The position numbers were made by a program, and so were the translations under genes. A stretch of 64,000 bases of DNA, from positions 2,502 through 66,501 of the forward strand of contig PUKZ01000144.1 in NCBI GenBank assembly GCA_003550725.1, given 5' to 3'. The stretch comes from Bacteroidales bacterium (lineage in GTDB: Bacteria > Bacteroidota > Bacteroidia > Bacteroidales > UBA7960). Positions 9,446 to 19,660 of the stretch are shown piece after piece; within the stretch, counting starts at the first letter, position 1; each line of letters begins with the position of its first letter. The notes under the pieces are model-generated. The model did not search any database. It worked only from the letters and a program-made list of their open reading frames with translations, and was not told where the DNA came from.

Positions 9446-9859
9446 TTAATTTGTTTCATTTTTGCTGTTTGGTTGTATGTTTATTATTTCATTTACTGTA
9501 TTAACAATGTGTTGAGTTATTTTCATCGGATCAAAAGGTTTATTAAAAAAGAAATTTGCCCCCCGGTATAATGCCTTTTTTTCTTCTTCGTATTCGGCAT
9601 AACTGAAATAATAAATCGGACAGGTTATTCTTTTTTCCAACCGCAATAAATTTACAACTTCGTGAGTTGCAGAACCAGTTATTATATCGTCTAAAATAAT
9701 CAAATCTACTTTTGCTCCGGGCTCTATAGACTTTACTTTCAAGAAAGAATTATAATTAAAAATCAAAGGTGACCTCAGATTTAATTTCAATAGCTTGTTT
9801 AACAAAGCCTTAAAAACAACATCTTCTGAAATTAAAAATATTTTAATTTGTTTATTCAT
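9446..9859 (-). CDS. stand-alone response-regulator receiver (REC) domain protein
   Basis: 137 aa with the CheY-like layout: IFLISED, phospho-acceptor context DLIILDD, conserved Lys-Pro FFNKPF. No output domain. Confidence 0.65.
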   Translation of the reverse strand: MNKQIKIFLISEDVVFKALLNKLLKLNLRSPLIFNYNSFLKVKSIEPGAKVDLIILDDIITGSATHEVVNLLRLEKRITCPIYYFSYAEYEEEKKALYRGANFFFNKPFDPMKITQHIVNTVNEIINIQPNSKNETN

Positions 9860-10387
9860 TGCAGTTTTTTGATAAATCTTAAAATGTCATCATTATTAAA
9901 AATATATGATATTTAATTATATATATTTTTAAGTTTTTCATGATAGGGTAATATTCATTTTATAACTAATTAAGGTTTATATCGAAATCGTTAATGATTA
10001 TTTCCTATATTTATATATTCTCCTAAAATTCTGTAAATTACAAATGTTTTAGTCGGTCAAAAAAAATAATTTGTCGCAAAGATAATCAATATTAACTAAG
10101 CAAATAACCTATTTTTTTATTAATTAAATGTTAAAAATCTTTTTTGATTAACTTAGGTAAAAAATCCCATTTCAGGCGAGTTATTAGCTTATAATATTAC
10201 AGGATTTTCTTTTGACGGGTTACTTTTCAAACTTTAGATTTATTTTGCAAATTTTTCAATGAAATAAACTTCTTTTTTTTCATAATCATAAAGATTGCAA
10301 TTTTTTATATATATCTTAGTCCTGTGCTCTACCTTGAAAAATTTAAAATAACATCAACTTAAGCTCACAAACTATAAACTACTCATT

Positions 10388-11125
10388 ATGAAAGCAATGG
10401 TTTTTGCAGCAGGCTTAGGAAGCAGGTTAAAACCCTTGACCGAAAAAAAGCCCAAAGCTTTGATTGAAGTTGCCGGGAAGCCTATTCTGTATTGGGTTAT
10501 TAAAAAGCTGGTTAATTATGATTTCACCAGCATTGTTATCAATGTACATCATCATGCCGGCATACTTAAGGAGGCAATTAAAAGCCTGCCTTTTAAAGCC
10601 GAATTTATTATTTCAAACGAAGAAGATTGTTTGCTTGATACCGGGGGCGGATTACTTAAAGCAAAACAATGGCTTGACGGATGTGAACCTTTCCTTGTTC
10701 ATAATGTAGATATTATGAGCAATATAAACCTTCATGAATTATATTCAAATCATTTAAAAAACGGGGGTATAGCGACACTTGCCACTTCAAAAAGAAACTC
10801 GGAGAGATATTTTTTATGGGAAGAAAACAAGCTTGCAGGCTGGGAAAACACTATTACAAAAGAAAAAGTTATAGTAAAAAATATAAAAGGTACTCTAAAA
10901 AGAAAAGCTTTTAGCGGAATACATGTTATTAATCCTGAAATTTTTGAAAATATTGAAGATGCCGGCAAATTTTCACTAAAAAAAGTTTATCTTGACCTTG
11001 CAGACAAAAAAAATATTTTTTCCTATGACCATGATCATAAATACTGGTTTGACCTTGGTACAACTGAAAAAATAAAGAAGGCTGAAAAAATAATAAATAC
11101 AGATACTAACATATTTATTAAATAA
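10388..11125 (+). CDS. sugar-1-phosphate nucleotidyltransferase (MurU-like)
   Basis: N-terminal MVFAAGLGSRLKPLTEKKPKALIEVAGKPIL signature of NTP-transferases. Its ~245 aa size is typical of MurU-type enzymes. Confidence 0.75.
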   Translation: MKAMVFAAGLGSRLKPLTEKKPKALIEVAGKPILYWVIKKLVNYDFTSIVINVHHHAGILKEAIKSLPFKAEFIISNEEDCLLDTGGGLLKAKQWLDGCEPFLVHNVDIMSNINLHELYSNHLKNGGIATLATSKRNSERYFLWEENKLAGWENTITKEKVIVKNIKGTLKRKAFSGIHVINPEIFENIEDAGKFSLKKVYLDLADKKNIFSYDHDHKYWFDLGTTEKIKKAEKIINTDTNIFIK

Positions 11126-11129
11126 AAAA

Positions 11130-14033
11130 ATGACTCCATTTTTAGAAAAAGTTGCCAAACATTATTTATCTGAAGACAATTTGGAAGAAGGCAATATTTG
11201 TATTGTAACACCCAACCGGCGTGCGGCTTTATTTATTCGGGAATATATCAGCAAAAAAATAACGGATACAATGTGGGCACCTGATATTTTGAGCCTTGAG
11301 GAGTTTATAAACAAATTATCAGGTTTGAAAATAGTTGACAATATTACACTGCTTATGGAGTTTCACAGAGCCATAAAAACAGACGAAACGAACAAACCGG
11401 AAAATGATATAAACACCGGTAATAATAAAGAATTGGAAGAAATACTCAGCTGGGCACCTGCACTGTTAAACGATTTTGATGAAATTGACAGTAACCTTGA
11501 AAACCCTGACATACTCTTTGAAAACCTTACTGATGTAAAAAAAATTGAAGCCTGGTCGCCGGATCAGCAAATAACCCCTTTTCAGGAGAAATATATACAA
11601 TTTTTCAAAAGTATCCCCCGCTACCACAAAATATATAAAAAAAATCTTTTATCTCATCACATAGCTTATCAAGGTTTATCGCACCGTATTGTTGCTTCAA
11701 ATATTGAAAATATCATAAAGAATTTTCCGTGGCAAAAAGTAATTTTTGCCGGGCTTAATGCTTTAAATCAAGCCGAAGAAAAAATAATATCAACACTGAT
11801 TAATAATAATAAAGCTGCAATCATATGGGATGCCGATGAATATTATGTTTCGTCAAACACAAAGGGCATTAAACATGAAGCCGGCATGTTCATAAGGAAA
11901 TACCTCAAAAAATGGCATCTTAATACGCTAAATAATGCAAAAACATATTTCAAGGACACCAAGAAGAATATAAATATTTTAGGCATAGCCAAAAACATAA
12001 ACCAGGTGCAGTTAGCAGGCAATATACTTTTGTCTGAGATACCAAAAGAAGAGCATGAAAACACTGCAATAGTGCTTGCTGATGAAACATTAATGGCGCC
12101 AATGTTAAATGCTTTACCACCAGTTATTGATAAAGTAAACGTAACAATGGGCTATCCGCTTTCAGAAACAGGGTTTTATTCGTTTGCCGAAAGTGTTTTT
12201 TATATGCATATAAAAGCAAAACAAAGAATATCAGATGCCATAGAAACAGGATCAATGTTTTATTACAAGGACATTTTAAAAATCCTTAAACATCCATACA
12301 GCAGTAAATTACTTGCTGATGATGAAGGAAGAAATATTGCCGAGTTGATATCAAATAAAATAAACAAATCAAACCGTAGCTTTTATAACTTAAAAAACTT
12401 AAATGAAATTGCAGGAGGTAAAGAATTAATCATACTGGAAAAATTGTTTTGCAACTGGGGTAATTCACCGGCAAAAGCAATGGATTTTTTTAAACTGGCA
12501 CTACAAAATTTTGATACAAAATATCTTAAATCAAATGAGAAAGAAAATGGTAAATACTCCATTGATATAGCAGCCTTTAATCAGTTCAGTTTTTTGCTGA
12601 ATCGTTTTGAATATTACTTTAGCAAGTACAATCAGCCCGATACTTTAGAAAGCTTTAAGCTTATATTCCAAAACCTTGTATCAGGGCTAAAAATACCATT
12701 TTCAGGCGAACCACTTGAAGGTTTGCAAATTATGGGTATGCTTGAGACGCGCAACCTGGATTTCAAGAATGTGATCATTTTTCCGGTTAATGAATCAATA
12801 CTGCCTAAAGGAAAATTATATAATTCTTTCATACCTTACGATGTAAAAGTCAAGTATGGGCTAAACACTCACAAAGAACGTGATGCTATATATGCTTATC
12901 ATTTTTACCGTTTATTGCAACAAGCCGAAAATGTCTATATTATATACAATACCCAAACCGGTGATACGGGCGGAGGTGAAAAAAGCCGTTTCATATCCCA
13001 AATTGAGCATGAACTAAAAGAATATAATCCGGATATAAATATTAATCATGAGATTATACCGGTTATGATGAATTTGGGAAGCTCATCAAAGATTTTAAAT
13101 ATTGAAAAAACACCGGATATAATGAAAAAAATTTGCCGGATGGGAGAAACAGGATATTCACCTTCATCGCTTAGCATATATCTTAAATGCAGCCTGCAGT
13201 TTTATTTAAGTAAAATAATGAATATAGAAGAAACCGAAGAAGTGGAAGAAACAATGGAGTATAAAACTATGGGGCAAGCAATACATGATGCGCTGGAAAC
13301 AATTTATAAACCCTATATTGGTAAAATCTTAAAAAAAGAATACCTTGATATCAAACAGGAAGACATAGAAAATATTTTAAAGCAAATGTTTCTTAACCAC
13401 TATCCTGATGGAGATATCAATACGGGAAAAAATTATTTGCTTTATAGGGTAGCTTTACGAATGATTGAAAATTACCTGGAAAATGAAAAGAAAGAATTAC
13501 TTCTAAGAGCATCAAAAAACAATTACATTACGATCTTTTCACTTGAAGAGTTATATACCTCTGAGCTGTCGATAAAAACAAATAATGATATAAATGTAAA
13601 AATAAAAGGCAAAGTTGACAGAATTGACAGGACAGAAGACCTTTTCCGGATAATTGACTATAAGACAGGTAAAGTTGAGGCCAGAGAACTTAAAATAGAC
13701 CGGTGGGATGAGTTGCTTGAAAAAACCGCAACCTCAAAAAGCTTTCAGCTTCTTTGTTATAGTTGGCTCTTCTTTAATAAAAATAAAGAAGCCAAAGAGC
13801 TATTGCCTTCAATAATATCATTTAGAAACCCCAGCCATGGGTTATTCAAAATACAGCACCCGTCAAGTTCCGAAGGTATTATAGACAGAAACATTATAAA
13901 AGAGTTTGAGGAAAATGTGTTAAAGCCGATATTTTTGGATTTGTATGACAGTAACAAGCCTTTCAAACAAACTGATGAAGAAGAAAATTGCCGTTACTGC
14001 AATTATACACTATTGTGTAATCGAAATGCATAA
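11130..14033 (+). CDS. AddB-like PD-(D/E)XK nuclease family protein
   Basis: 967 aa. The C-terminal RecB-type nuclease motif is IIDYKTGK, and the terminal Cys cluster is CRYCNYTLLC. It starts 4 nt after the preceding gene. Confidence 0.7.
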   Translation: MTPFLEKVAKHYLSEDNLEEGNICIVTPNRRAALFIREYISKKITDTMWAPDILSLEEFINKLSGLKIVDNITLLMEFHRAIKTDETNKPENDINTGNNKELEEILSWAPALLNDFDEIDSNLENPDILFENLTDVKKIEAWSPDQQITPFQEKYIQFFKSIPRYHKIYKKNLLSHHIAYQGLSHRIVASNIENIIKNFPWQKVIFAGLNALNQAEEKIISTLINNNKAAIIWDADEYYVSSNTKGIKHEAGMFIRKYLKKWHLNTLNNAKTYFKDTKKNINILGIAKNINQVQLAGNILLSEIPKEEHENTAIVLADETLMAPMLNALPPVIDKVNVTMGYPLSETGFYSFAESVFYMHIKAKQRISDAIETGSMFYYKDILKILKHPYSSKLLADDEGRNIAELISNKINKSNRSFYNLKNLNEIAGGKELIILEKLFCNWGNSPAKAMDFFKLALQNFDTKYLKSNEKENGKYSIDIAAFNQFSFLLNRFEYYFSKYNQPDTLESFKLIFQNLVSGLKIPFSGEPLEGLQIMGMLETRNLDFKNVIIFPVNESILPKGKLYNSFIPYDVKVKYGLNTHKERDAIYAYHFYRLLQQAENVYIIYNTQTGDTGGGEKSRFISQIEHELKEYNPDININHEIIPVMMNLGSSSKILNIEKTPDIMKKICRMGETGYSPSSLSIYLKCSLQFYLSKIMNIEETEEVEETMEYKTMGQAIHDALETIYKPYIGKILKKEYLDIKQEDIENILKQMFLNHYPDGDINTGKNYLLYRVALRMIENYLENEKKELLLRASKNNYITIFSLEELYTSELSIKTNNDINVKIKGKVDRIDRTEDLFRIIDYKTGKVEARELKIDRWDELLEKTATSKSFQLLCYSWLFFNKNKEAKELLPSIISFRNPSHGLFKIQHPSSSEGIIDRNIIKEFEENVLKPIFLDLYDSNKPFKQTDEEENCRYCNYTLLCNRNA

Positions 14034-14197
14034 CAGATAAATCCAAAATTAAAAAGATTAATAATATTGATATAGTTTATTAAAACAATAAAAACAGGGA
14101 AAAAAATAATAAATCAGGTTATAATTATTTGCAAAATAAATATAATGCAACCCTAATTTAAAAAAGCCTAATACCAAATAAATTTATAATTTATTTT

Positions 14198-16471
14198 TCA
14201 AAAGTTTACCTTATGAGAAATTATGAAATCACGATGTGATTTTAACATATTTATAGTATGGAGCAAGAGATTTTTGGTTTCGGAAAGCAGGTTAAAGAAT
14301 AATAAACTATTGCGTGTTTTAACTTTTTCTTTTTTAATAAGTTTAACCTGCATTTTTTTCATGCGGTCCAGGTCTTCAAGGATTTCAATTTGGTATTGAA
14401 TCGCGTTTTCAACCCTGTTAAAATCATCGGTTTTAATAACTTCCAAAATTTTGCCATACAACAAAGCAACGTTTTCATTTAATTGTATTAACTCTTTTTC
14501 TTGTTCTTCTATGCAAGGTTTATGATTATTTTCGATATGTTCTAAAAGAGGATCTACAATAAAGTTGAGGCAATGTGCTATTTCCCTCAGATAATCGATT
14601 ATCTGAACATAATAATGACCTGTTTCAACTGAACCTTCCTCGAGTTTACGTAGTGTAAAATAAACATCTTTCTTAAGATTCTTTGTATGGCTATTGAACT
14701 CAATGATTCGTTTTCGTGCCTTTTTAAGCGTTTTTCTGTCTTCCGACAAAAATGAGCTAAGAACAGAATTATAAAGTTTTGATACGGAAACTACTGTATC
14801 AACTATTGTTTCTTTACATTGGCCCATCACATCTTCACCGTTCATTTCTACATCAACCTTATCCTTAGCTTTTTCTTCTTCTATATTTTTCTTAGCAACA
14901 AGTTTTTTATGCAGGTAATGAGTACGAACAACAAAGCCAAATGCAATTAATATAGCAATAACAGCTGCTGTAATACCTCCCCAGCTTATAAAATATGCAA
15001 AGATAAATGCAACCGAGAAAGCAGTGAATGCGGTAAAGAACCACCCGGCAATCACAGTCATAACACCGGTGATCCGATATACTGCACTTTCACGACCCCA
15101 GGCCCTGTCAGATAAGGAGGTACCCATCGCCACCATAAATGTAACGTAAGTTGTAGATAAAGGGAGTTTCATTGAAGTAGCAAATGCAATTAATATGCTT
15201 GCTATAAACATGTTTACAGAAGCTCTCAAGATATCAAAAGATGACTCATCTTTGCGAATTCTTTTGCGGCGTTTGTACAGGGCTTGGTCAAAACGTTTAT
15301 CAATAGTTTCAACAACCTTACCGGGCAAAATTTTCATAATAGCTTTATTAGCATCTAAGGCTTTTCTGACTATTGTACGTGCAAAGAGTGAAGAAGAAAA
15401 ACGCTCATAACCTTCTGACTGCCGTGCAAGATTAACTTCAGTTTTAGAAACTGTACGTGCTTTTTTGGAAAAGAAAAGAGCCAAAACCATAATAGCTCCG
15501 GCTGCCAGTAAAAACCCGGTTGGAGTCCTAACAGGCGCAAGCAACGATTCCATAGTCATAGTTGTGGCTGTTTGCGAAGGATCATTCACAAACATCATGT
15601 AAGATTCATAACCGGCTATAGGAACCCCAATAAAATTTACAAGGTCGTTACCGGCAAAAGCCATAGCCAAAGAAAAAGTCCCTATTAAAACTATTACCCT
15701 GAAAATATTTAACTTAAACAGGGTTATCAGTAGCTGAGATATTATGGCAACAGTAATAAAACTATATAACAATATAACAACCGTATTATTCTCAATCCAT
15801 GCAATTGTTTGATCGGTCATAAATGATGAGCCGCTGGCTCCTTTCACCAAAATAAAATATACAATTGCCGAAACTGCTATGCCCGTCCATATAGCTCCAA
15901 AAAATGGTAGTTTTTTCTCATAGTTGAAAGTAAATAACAGTCGTGTCAGAAACTGAACGATTGAACCGGCAGTAAAAGCAATAACTACAGATAATAATAT
16001 GCCTGAAATAATACCCAGGGCACGTGTCGCATTAATATATAGCCCGATATCCTGTGCTTCCGGTGGTATATCAGTAAAATATATTTTATATAAAGAAACA
16101 GCAACAGCAGCTCCCAATAATTCGAATACGATAGATACAGTAGTTGATGTTGGAAGCCCGAAAGTATTGAACATGTCAAGGAGAATGATATCAGTAATCA
16201 TGACTGCCAGAAAAATAATCATGACCTCATTAAAATAGAACTGGTCGGGGAAAAAAACTCCCCGACGAGCTATTTCCATCATCCCACTGGAAAAGGTAGC
16301 GCCAAACAAGACACCTGCTGCTGCAATGCCAAGGATAACATAGAATGGTGCAACTTTTGAACCAATAGCTGAATTCAAAAAGTTAACTGCGTCATTACCC
16401 ACTCCAACAACAAGATCAGAAATGGCGAGAACAAACAGGGCAATGACAAAAAACAGATAAATGTTTTCCAT
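14198..16471 (-). CDS. PiT-family inorganic phosphate transporter with C-terminal PhoU-like helical domain
   Basis: GNDAVNF and GNDLVNF repeats are characteristic of PHO4/PiT. About 10-12 TM helices are followed by a ~230 aa soluble helical tail. Confidence 0.8.
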   Translation of the reverse strand: MENIYLFFVIALFVLAISDLVVGVGNDAVNFLNSAIGSKVAPFYVILGIAAAGVLFGATFSSGMMEIARRGVFFPDQFYFNEVMIIFLAVMITDIILLDMFNTFGLPTSTTVSIVFELLGAAVAVSLYKIYFTDIPPEAQDIGLYINATRALGIISGILLSVVIAFTAGSIVQFLTRLLFTFNYEKKLPFFGAIWTGIAVSAIVYFILVKGASGSSFMTDQTIAWIENNTVVILLYSFITVAIISQLLITLFKLNIFRVIVLIGTFSLAMAFAGNDLVNFIGVPIAGYESYMMFVNDPSQTATTMTMESLLAPVRTPTGFLLAAGAIMVLALFFSKKARTVSKTEVNLARQSEGYERFSSSLFARTIVRKALDANKAIMKILPGKVVETIDKRFDQALYKRRKRIRKDESSFDILRASVNMFIASILIAFATSMKLPLSTTYVTFMVAMGTSLSDRAWGRESAVYRITGVMTVIAGWFFTAFTAFSVAFIFAYFISWGGITAAVIAILIAFGFVVRTHYLHKKLVAKKNIEEEKAKDKVDVEMNGEDVMGQCKETIVDTVVSVSKLYNSVLSSFLSEDRKTLKKARKRIIEFNSHTKNLKKDVYFTLRKLEEGSVETGHYYVQIIDYLREIAHCLNFIVDPLLEHIENNHKPCIEEQEKELIQLNENVALLYGKILEVIKTDDFNRVENAIQYQIEILEDLDRMKKMQVKLIKKEKVKTRNSLLFFNLLSETKNLLLHTINMLKSHRDFIISHKVNF

Positions 16472-16737
16472 TATCTATTCAATTAAACAGCATACTTAGT
16501 TTTAGTTACTATTTTTTTTGGCAATGCAAAACTACAAACAATTTTTCAACTATAAGGCGAAAAAAAAATCAAAATTTATAAGCTATTAATGGCCAAAAAG
16601 TTTGAGTATTGCTTTTATTTTGACCACACATAAACAGGTTTGCAATTTAAAAATCGCAAAAAAATCATATTTTTAAGAGAAAAAATATTCAGCCGAATCG
16701 GGCTAAAAAATAAGTAATAAATTAATTGATAAATTTA

Positions 16738-17739
16738 CTATTCACCTAAAGTAGCTATCATCACGGCTTTAATTGTATGCAATCTGTTTTCGGCCTGATC
16801 AAATACTATTGAATGTTCGGATTCAAACACATCGTCGGTCACTTCCATACCATCGAGCCCGAATTTCTGATAAATATCTTCGCCAACAGTAGTTTCACGA
16901 TTATGGAAAGATGGCAGGCAATGCAAGAATCCAACTTTTGGATTTCCTGTTTTTTTGATAACATCAGAATTTACCTGGTATGGTTTAAGTAATTTTATAC
17001 GTTCTTTCCAAACTTCATCGGGTTCGCCCATAGACACCCACACATCGGTATAAAGAAAATCCACTCCTTTCACGGCTTCATCCACATCTTCTGTTATGGT
17101 TATTTTTGCGCCTGTTTCTTTTGCTATTTCACGACATTGTGATACAAGCTCTTCGTTAGGCTGTACTGATTTGGGAGCGGCAGCTCTAAAGTCCATACCC
17201 ATTTTGGCAGCTCCAACCAATAGAGAATTGCCTACATTGTTACGTGCATCGCCTAAATAGCAGAAAGAAATCTGATTTAACGGCTTATCACAGTTTTCCA
17301 TCATAGTCATAAAATCTGCAATTATTTGTGTTGGATGATATTCGTCTGTCAATCCATTCCAAACAGGCACGTTTGAATATTTAGCAAGCTCTTCAACTAT
17401 CTCTTGACCAAAACCTCGATATTGTATGCCATCATACATGCGCCCCAATACGCGGGCAGTATCTTTCATAGATTCCTTATGCCCGATCTGGCTGCCTGAA
17501 GGGCCCAAATAAGATACTAATGCGCCTTGATCAAAAGCTGCTACTTCAAAAGCACAACGCGTGCGTGTTGATGATTTCTCAAAAATCAAAGCTATGTTCT
17601 TCCCTTTAAGCTTTTGCTGCTCAGTACCAGCATATTTTGCTTTTTTCAAATCAACCGAAAGATCAAGCAAAAACTTAATTTCCTTGGGAGTGAAATCCAA
17701 TAGCTTTAAAAAACTTCTGTTTCTTAAATTAAAAGCCAT
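16738..17739 (-). CDS. argF: ornithine carbamoyltransferase
   Basis: Motifs [20 protein letters not shown] and HCLPSFH. It is collinear over its full length with E. coli ArgI/ArgF as I remember it. Confidence 0.95.
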   Translation of the reverse strand: MAFNLRNRSFLKLLDFTPKEIKFLLDLSVDLKKAKYAGTEQQKLKGKNIALIFEKSSTRTRCAFEVAAFDQGALVSYLGPSGSQIGHKESMKDTARVLGRMYDGIQYRGFGQEIVEELAKYSNVPVWNGLTDEYHPTQIIADFMTMMENCDKPLNQISFCYLGDARNNVGNSLLVGAAKMGMDFRAAAPKSVQPNEELVSQCREIAKETGAKITITEDVDEAVKGVDFLYTDVWVSMGEPDEVWKERIKLLKPYQVNSDVIKKTGNPKVGFLHCLPSFHNRETTVGEDIYQKFGLDGMEVTDDVFESEHSIVFDQAENRLHTIKAVMIATLGE

Positions 17740-17824
17740 ATTATATTCTCCTTTTATTTTTATTAGTTAACAACAAGAATAATTATATAAATCAGTATTT
17801 TGGTTTTTCTTATAATTTTAATAT

Positions 17825-18763
17825 TTAATAAATCACTGTCCCTTTATTATCCTTAGCTATTTGTGATGCTTCGGTTATTATAGCTTCGCTTCCACTATTA
17901 TTTACGAACTTTATGCACGCTCTTATTTTAGGTGCCATACTACCTTCAGCAAAATGTCCTTGATCTAAATACTCTTTTACTTCATTAACAGAAACTTTTC
18001 CAAGCTTTTTCTCGCCCGGTTTATGAAAATTTATATAAACATTAGGCACATCTGTTAAAATAAAGAATTCATTGGCTTTGATCTTTTCGGCTAGCAGGGA
18101 TGATGCAAGATCCTTATCAATTACGGCATCAATACCGATAATAGTACCTTTTTCATTAATATATGCAGGAATTCCCCCACCTCCAACCGTAATAACAATA
18201 GTTCCATCTCTGGCCAACTTTTCGACGGCTTCCCAGTTAGGAATATCCATTGGCTCGGGCGATGCAACTACTCTTCTCCATCCGCGTTTACGTGGATCTT
18301 CATGAAAAACCCATCCGTTTTCTTCAACAAGTTTATCAGCTTCCTCTTTAGTATAAAAAGGCCCTACCGGCTTGGTTGGGTTTTTAAAAGCTTTATCTTC
18401 TTTATCAACCATAACTTGTGTTACCAATGTCACTATATTCCTTTCTATACCATGTTCAGCCAACACATTACGTAGTTGCTGTTCAATCATAAACCCTATA
18501 GAACCTTGTGTTTCAGCCACACAAAAATCAATTGGCTGCTTAGGCAGCCCATAAAGGCGTTTCCCGGCCTCATGTTGCAACAATACATTACCCACCTGCG
18601 GGCCATTACCATGACCTATAACAAGGCCATTACCCTTTTTTATCAAATCAATAAGATATTGGCAAGTTTCATAAACATTTTGTTCCTGCTCATCAATAGT
18701 TCCCTCCTGGTTGTCTTTGAGCAAAGCATTACCACCAAAAGCAATTACAGATAACTTTTCCAT
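17825..18763 (-). CDS. arcC: carbamate kinase
   Basis: 312 aa with IAFGGNAL, GHGNGPQVG and VGGGGIP, typical of ArcC. It sits directly upstream of the OTC gene. Confidence 0.9.
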   Translation of the reverse strand: MEKLSVIAFGGNALLKDNQEGTIDEQEQNVYETCQYLIDLIKKGNGLVIGHGNGPQVGNVLLQHEAGKRLYGLPKQPIDFCVAETQGSIGFMIEQQLRNVLAEHGIERNIVTLVTQVMVDKEDKAFKNPTKPVGPFYTKEEADKLVEENGWVFHEDPRKRGWRRVVASPEPMDIPNWEAVEKLARDGTIVITVGGGGIPAYINEKGTIIGIDAVIDKDLASSLLAEKIKANEFFILTDVPNVYINFHKPGEKKLGKVSVNEVKEYLDQGHFAEGSMAPKIRACIKFVNNSGSEAIITEASQIAKDNKGTVIY

Positions 18764-18946
18764 AAAAAATTAATTTAAAAATACATTTAATCAAAACATA
18801 TAGTTTTAAAACAAAAATTATTACGATAAAATGATAATTGGATTTGAGCTCTTATATAAATAAATTTTAAGAGAGATAATCAAAATTAAGAAATGCAAAG
18901 CTACAAACTTTTAACAAATATTCAAGAAATAACTAAACTACTGAAG

Positions 18947-19456
18947 CTATACCCTAAAACGAAACTTAACCTCTTTCAGGTCATCATTTGCCTGTACGAC
19001 TTTGTTTTTAAGATTCTTTTTAAACTCTAAAAGCTTTTCGAGCATCTCTTGATCAGAAACTGATAGTATTTGCAAAGCCAATATTGCAGCATTACGTGAA
19101 TTATCAAGGGCAACAGTAGCTACAGGAATTCCGGCAGGCATCTGTAAAATAGAAAGTACAGAGTCCCACCCGTCTAAAGAATTTGATGATTTAACCGGCA
19201 CTCCAATCACAGGAAGATGAGTTCCGGCAGCAATTACACCCGGAAGATGTGCCGCTGCACCGGCACCGGCAATAATAACCTGTATCCCTCGCTTATGAGC
19301 ACTTTCAGTATAATCCATAACCTTTTCAGGAGTCCGGTGTGCCGATAAAGCATTAATCTCAAAAGGAACTTCCATTTCATCTAACAATTTAGCAGCCTGT
19401 TCCATAACTTTCCAATCAGATGTGCTGCCCATAATAATACCTACTCTTGGCTTCAT
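18947..19456 (-). CDS. purE: 5-(carboxyamino)imidazole ribonucleotide mutase
   Basis: 169 aa with VGIIMGSTSDW, SAHRTP and AGAGAAAHLPGV. Confidence 0.95.
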   Translation of the reverse strand: MKPRVGIIMGSTSDWKVMEQAAKLLDEMEVPFEINALSAHRTPEKVMDYTESAHKRGIQVIIAGAGAAAHLPGVIAAGTHLPVIGVPVKSSNSLDGWDSVLSILQMPAGIPVATVALDNSRNAAILALQILSVSDQEMLEKLLEFKKNLKNKVVQANDDLKEVKFRFRV

Positions 19457-19660
19457 ATTTTAAATAATTTTAGTGTTTATTTATAATTTTGCCAAAAATA
19501 TAAATAATGTAGATACGGGTCTTTGGAAATTTAAAATTTTTTATCCCCGAATGGAAAATTGTTTGTTTTTTTAATAGATATAATTAACCGTCAGTTTTGT
19601 TGAATATTTTAATACCCCTTAAATTTCTAAATTGAAACTTACAAATAACAAAAAGCATTA

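Noticed and set aside
16690-16725. A terminator after the OTC gene (agcccgattcggct on the minus strand)
   Set aside because: The stem is only 4-5 bp with a weak T run, too marginal to call.
16738-18763. A complete arginine deiminase (arcABC) operon
   Set aside because: Only OTC and carbamate kinase are present. No arcA-like or antiporter gene flanks them in this window.
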